Positions 56,556 to 61,166 of a stretch of 61,166 bases of DNA are shown piece by piece. The DNA comes from a virus. Lineage: Duplodnaviria > Caudoviricetes. Every line of letters starts with the position of its first letter. The stretch's first letter is position 1. The notes beneath the pieces were generated by a model. That model was not told where the DNA came from and searched no databases. It was given only the letters and a program-made list of their open reading frames with translations. Location of the stretch: the IMG/VR virus record IMGVR_UViG_3300042291_001346, positions 1 through 61,166 of that record; one strand, 5' to 3'. A program made the translations under genes and the position numbers.

Positions 56556-59500
56556 ATGGAGCAACATATAAATACCTACCAAGGAATGAATAAAGATACT
56601 GCCTACGATAGTTTGGCAGCTACTTTTTATATTGATGCTTTAGATGTAAGAATTACTACAACTACAGGAGATTCCTTAGGAGGCTTCACTAATATTAAAG
56701 GCAATGATTTAGCAGTCACATTGCTTACATCAGGAACATTTAACAGTTCTAGTTGGTCAGCATTAAATCCTGTTGTAATAGGTTATGCTACAATTAGAAC
56801 AAAGATTATTCTTTTTGTTGCTGATGATAGCGGCACTAAAGGTTGGATATATAATCTAGAATATGATCCTGCAACTAAAGCTGTTACTACTTTTAATTTA
56901 GTTTATTATAATGCAGCATTAAACTTCAAGAAGCAATGGCCAATTGAAGCACTAGGGCGTTTTGAAACAGAAACTATTCAAAGAGTTTATTGGACAGATT
57001 ACAATAACTTTTTTAGATCTATTAATGTAGTAGATTCTAATTTAGCTAGTTTACCTGTAGGACTGATAGATATTTTCCCAAATGTTAAATTTACTCAACC
57101 TTTATTTATTAATATAGCAGGAGGAGGTAGTTTAAATACAGGAGTCTATCAAATTGCTTATCGATTAATTACTGCTGATGGAAAGCAAACTTTAATATCT
57201 CCGCCAAGTAATTTAATTCATATTGTTTCTGATTCTGAAACAGGTGGAAATTCTAATACATATAATGGAGATAGTACAGTAATTAACAGTGGGAAAGCTA
57301 TTACTATTACTTTAGATTCTAGTGACTATTTAAATTTTTACAAAATAGAATTCATTTCTGTTTATAAATCTTCCATTACCGCAACAACAGAAGTTACTTC
57401 GATAGAAGAAGTTGTTATTGCTAATCAAACAAGTATTACTTTTACATATACAGGAGGAGAAAATAGTATTTTTGATTTAGAACTATTTGATTTTTTATCC
57501 AGAAATTATGCTTTTAAGACTCCTAAAACTATTACTCAAAAAGATAGTTCTTTATTAATTGCTAACATTAAAGACTCAGCAGTAAGCCTTAAAGATTTAC
57601 TACCTGCTGGACAAACATTTGATGCAAAAACTAGGAGATATAAATATAATGGAGGTTCTCCAATTCCACCATTTACTCCAGGTACACCCACTAACGATTT
57701 AAATAATGCATTTAATACTGATTACAATTCTGATGCACATTGGAATACAACTTGGCAAACAAATTCTCAATACAGATATCAGAGTGACGGTTTACGTTTA
57801 GGAGGAGAAGGTCCAAATATTACTTATAATTTCCATTTAGAAGAATTTACATTAGACGAAACTGCCCCAGTTGCAGGAAATACAGTAGGAACAGTTTTTG
57901 TAAATGATGTTCCTGGCACTGCTGTTCACGATTTAAACGATGGTTACGGACCATATGCTAATACAACTTTTCCTAATAATGCATCTCCTTTTATATCTGG
58001 GTTATTACGTGGCTACAAAAGAGGAGAAACTTATCGTTTTGGAATTATATTTTACACTATTAAAGGCGAAGCTACATTTGTAGAATATATAGGGGACATT
58101 AAGTTTCCAGATATTTCTGAAAGAGATTCTGTAGCAAATGCTTCAGGATATAAATTTTGGCCTATTAGTAAAAAAAGACCTGCTAGTGAACATACTTTAG
58201 GATATTCTATGGGTATTGAGTTTAATATTGACTTTAGTACTTGCCCAGGTTTATTAAATAATATTACGGGATACCAAATAGTTCGAGTAAAAAGAGAAAA
58301 TATTGACAAGAGACGTCTTACTCAAGGATTAATTAAAGGATTTTATTACAATCCTGTTCTATCCCCACATTTTACAGGTTCAGGAGGATTTGATTTACAA
58401 GTAAATGGAAATAATAATGTATTACACTTATACCCTTATTATCCACCTGCATCAGAACCTAATGCATCTTTTGCTACATTAGAAGATAGCTCTACAACAA
58501 GTTATGTTCCAAAATATGAAGATTATTTAATTAAAGGAAATTCTTTCGGATTTTATTCTCCAGAAATTTCTTTTGATAAAAATAATGTAGCAGATTTAAT
58601 GTTAAATTTAGGAAGTAACCCTTGTATATTAATTACAGGAGCTTATTCAAATAGATTGCTGTATGCTACTCCTACTTTGACTTTTGAGGCAGAAGGTTTA
58701 GGAAATAGATCACAAGATATAAGAAACCAGTATTACGACACTTATCCTGTAAATTTTAATAGTATTGAAAATATTAAACGATGGAAATTCAATACTAAAT
58801 TTAAAATGGAAGCTGATTCAGATTACACTGTAAAAGTAACTGGATTATTTGACGGAGATTACATGAGAAATTACTGGTGCATGGATAATTATTTTGATGC
58901 ATCAGATCCACAAGTTAATCCAAATAGGCCTCAACAAGGTGCGGGAACTAGTGAAGTTCCTGAATTCTTTAAAGGAGGCTCAAGTGTTGTAGGTAAAGTA
59001 GAAAAAATTACTAATGACTTTTTTACTAATGACATTATAACAGGATCAACTGCTGATTACTTCAAAGCTCCTAATAATGTATTTCCTGTAGACAGAAGTA
59101 CTTTTGCTCCTACAGGAAGTTATAATGGGTATTTCCCAATTGCAGAGAATATACTACCTAAATTAGAAGTATATGGCGGATATAACATGGATAGTTTAGA
59201 AGCTAATCAATTTATTCCTGCTTCTCCTATTATTGATCCAGCAAATACAAATCCTAAAGTATTTGGAGGAGATATTTTTGTAAATATGTTTATTGTACAA
59301 ACAGGATTAGTAGAATTTAATACAGCATTTTATTCAGATAATAAATATCGTAAGGACAGTACTCGTACAGATATTGTTGGACTAGAAAGTGAATTAAATC
59401 TTGATTTAGCAAATGGGGCGACTCTTCGTACAGGAGTTCAATATGAATTTTCTGGTACAACAATACCAGCTTTTAGACAAGAAACTGGTAATGCTATAGC

Positions 59501-60875
59501 GCCTTATGCAAAAGTATTAGATATGTATAATTATAATACAGTCTATTCTCGTCAAAATGATGATTTAGGTTTTTATGTTCAGCCTGCAAACATGCAAACT
59601 AATGGGGCTAATGATATTAGAGCCTACTTATCTAATGTAAAAATTAATGAAGAAGTAGTAGACTCTTGGACTAAGTTCGGTTTAAATAACTATTATGATG
59701 TAGATGACTACGGGCCTATTAATAAAGTAATTAACTGGAAAGATACTGTATACTTTGTTCAAGATAAAGGAATCGGGGCATATGCTATTAACCGCGCCGC
59801 TGTCACTACTACTGCTGATGGAGTACCTACTCAATTGGGTACAGGATTAGGATTTGGTAAACATATCTACTATTCTAAAGTACATGGGGCTATTCATCAA
59901 TGGGCAGTAGAAACTACCGAAGCAGGTATTTATTTCTTTGATGCATTCCATAGAAAGATATTTATGATGCAAGCACAATCAGGACAAACTGCAAATAGTG
60001 CTATATCAGAAATTAAAGGGATGCATAGTTTCCTGCAATTATTACCTAATGATGTATTTACTCGTAAATCAAATGGAGGAGATAATCCTATTTTAGGCAA
60101 AGGGGTTCATATTGGTAAAGACATTATTAATGATGAAGTACTATTTACTTTTATGAGTAAAGCGGCTTTCAGGACTTTAACTATTAATACTTTATATACA
60201 GAAGGAACTTTAGTTTATTCTTCAAGTATTAATGCTTACTATTATGTAACTAATACATTTACTTCAGGAGTTAATCCTATAGCAGCAATAGCAACATTAA
60301 TAGCAAATAGTTTACCCGCAACTGCTAAACAACTATATAATTCGAATACTTTAGTATTTGATGAATTAGCACAACAATTTTCTTCTAGATACTCAATGGC
60401 TCCAACTATTTGGATTCAAAATGGTGATATTATTTTAACTCCTAATCCATTAGATCAAAAAGAATTATATACTAATGCTATAGGTGATTGGGGAGTATTT
60501 TACGGTGTACAAGAACCATGTGAATTGACTTTAGTAGTTAACCCACAAGCTGACGTTAATAAGATACTACGCACAATGGAATTTAATTCTATTGTAAGAG
60601 ATAATAATAAAATTATAGATAGAGGACAAACTATTACTGCTTTCCGAATATCTACACAATATCAAGATACAAATGTAGTACCTTTTTCTCCAGATAGATT
60701 TAGAAGAAAGTTTGACAAGTGGAGACTTAAAATTCCTAGAGATCAAAATAGTTCTAATCAACAAGGACGTTTACGTAGTACGTATTTTGTTGTAACTTTA
60801 TACTTCGATAACTCTCAGAATAAAGAGTTAATCATGAATCGTTTAATGTCTTACTTTGATTATCAAGTATTCTAA
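56556..60875 (+). CDS. Tail stabilization (muzzle) protein, P22 gp10-like
   Basis: GMNKD, VYWTD, GYKRGETYRFGI, FGGDIF, YGPINK, RGRLRS-like end; 1439 aa. Confidence 0.8.
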   Translation: MEQHINTYQGMNKDTAYDSLAATFYIDALDVRITTTTGDSLGGFTNIKGNDLAVTLLTSGTFNSSSWSALNPVVIGYATIRTKIILFVADDSGTKGWIYNLEYDPATKAVTTFNLVYYNAALNFKKQWPIEALGRFETETIQRVYWTDYNNFFRSINVVDSNLASLPVGLIDIFPNVKFTQPLFINIAGGGSLNTGVYQIAYRLITADGKQTLISPPSNLIHIVSDSETGGNSNTYNGDSTVINSGKAITITLDSSDYLNFYKIEFISVYKSSITATTEVTSIEEVVIANQTSITFTYTGGENSIFDLELFDFLSRNYAFKTPKTITQKDSSLLIANIKDSAVSLKDLLPAGQTFDAKTRRYKYNGGSPIPPFTPGTPTNDLNNAFNTDYNSDAHWNTTWQTNSQYRYQSDGLRLGGEGPNITYNFHLEEFTLDETAPVAGNTVGTVFVNDVPGTAVHDLNDGYGPYANTTFPNNASPFISGLLRGYKRGETYRFGIIFYTIKGEATFVEYIGDIKFPDISERDSVANASGYKFWPISKKRPASEHTLGYSMGIEFNIDFSTCPGLLNNITGYQIVRVKRENIDKRRLTQGLIKGFYYNPVLSPHFTGSGGFDLQVNGNNNVLHLYPYYPPASEPNASFATLEDSSTTSYVPKYEDYLIKGNSFGFYSPEISFDKNNVADLMLNLGSNPCILITGAYSNRLLYATPTLTFEAEGLGNRSQDIRNQYYDTYPVNFNSIENIKRWKFNTKFKMEADSDYTVKVTGLFDGDYMRNYWCMDNYFDASDPQVNPNRPQQGAGTSEVPEFFKGGSSVVGKVEKITNDFFTNDIITGSTADYFKAPNNVFPVDRSTFAPTGSYNGYFPIAENILPKLEVYGGYNMDSLEANQFIPASPIIDPANTNPKVFGGDIFVNMFIVQTGLVEFNTAFYSDNKYRKDSTRTDIVGLESELNLDLANGATLRTGVQYEFSGTTIPAFRQETGNAIAPYAKVLDMYNYNTVYSRQNDDLGFYVQPANMQTNGANDIRAYLSNVKINEEVVDSWTKFGLNNYYDVDDYGPINKVINWKDTVYFVQDKGIGAYAINRAAVTTTADGVPTQLGTGLGFGKHIYYSKVHGAIHQWAVETTEAGIYFFDAFHRKIFMMQAQSGQTANSAISEIKGMHSFLQLLPNDVFTRKSNGGDNPILGKGVHIGKDIINDEVLFTFMSKAAFRTLTINTLYTEGTLVYSSSINAYYYVTNTFTSGVNPIAAIATLIANSLPATAKQLYNSNTLVFDELAQQFSSRYSMAPTIWIQNGDIILTPNPLDQKELYTNAIGDWGVFYGVQEPCELTLVVNPQADVNKILRTMEFNSIVRDNNKIIDRGQTITAFRISTQYQDTNVVPFSPDRFRRKFDKWRLKIPRDQNSSNQQGRLRSTYFVVTLYFDNSQNKELIMNRLMSYFDYQVF

Positions 60876-61166
60876 TGAAAAAGACTCCTAGTATTATTGA
60901 CGCTTATTATAAATCTTTAGGTACAAAGATCTTTAGAGATACTACTGAAATACCTTTTGCAGATGGGGGACCTCTTAATGATAGAAACATTCATGGAGAT
61001 TTATTACCAAGTGTATATGCATCAGCATTAGGAAGATATTACGGTAATGGAGGAATGATTAAACGTGCAGATGGATCTTATTCTAAAAGAGGATTGTGGG
61101 ATAATATTAGAGCTAATGCAGGTTCAGGAAAAGAGCCTACAAAAGAAATGTTATCACAAGAAAGAA
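60875..61166 (+). CDS. Start of a probable virion cargo protein (3'-truncated)
   Basis: TAATG-coupled ORF MKKTPSII.. open to the window end; contains FADGG and YGNGG motifs. Confidence 0.6.
   Translation, partial: MKKTPSIIDAYYKSLGTKIFRDTTEIPFADGGPLNDRNIHGDLLPSVYASALGRYYGNGGMIKRADGSYSKRGLWDNIRANAGSGKEPTKEMLSQER

Noticed and set aside
86-60764. Many short antisense ORFs in the six-frame track
   Set aside because: They are shadows of longer genes on the opposite strand, with no recognisable motifs
1-61166. Stop-codon reassignment as in some gut crAss-like phages
   Set aside because: Long genes are intact in the standard code and TAG/TGA end genes at sensible points

Overview
This AT-rich 61 kb window is a fragment of a crAss-like (Crassvirales-type) lytic phage, probably of an environmental Bacteroidota/Flavobacteriia host. 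Bacteroidota TAnnTTTG promoter boxes are present, and TAA, TAG and TGA all act as stops. Layout: (1) the 3' end of a giant virion/ejection protein gene (+, to 2228); (2) a convergence zone packed with different short palindromes (2305-2975); (3) a minus-strand replication/repair block with NTP pyrophosphatases, a remodelled UDG, a spore photoproduct lyase, a PD-(D/E)XK nuclease, RusA, a MoxR AAA+/VWA-metallopeptidase pair, primase, SSB, a Sak4-like ATPase, DnaB, an SF2 helicase and PolA; (4) an early region of small membrane proteins with two hairpin-dense non-coding tracts; (5) a divergence point with direct repeats before RepL-like genes; (6) a plus-strand virion block (terminase, portal, scaffold, capsid, ring proteins, fibres, LRR adhesin, u-spanin/holin/endolysin, tail muzzle). 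Best candidates for new biology: a UV-repair cassette pairing SPL with a UDG whose pocket residues are all rewritten, behind a double-terminator leader; a mixed palindrome (operator-decoy-like) array; a hairpin loop antisense to the start regions of two head genes; and two structured RNA candidates. All calls rest on motif reading and gene order, with no database searches.
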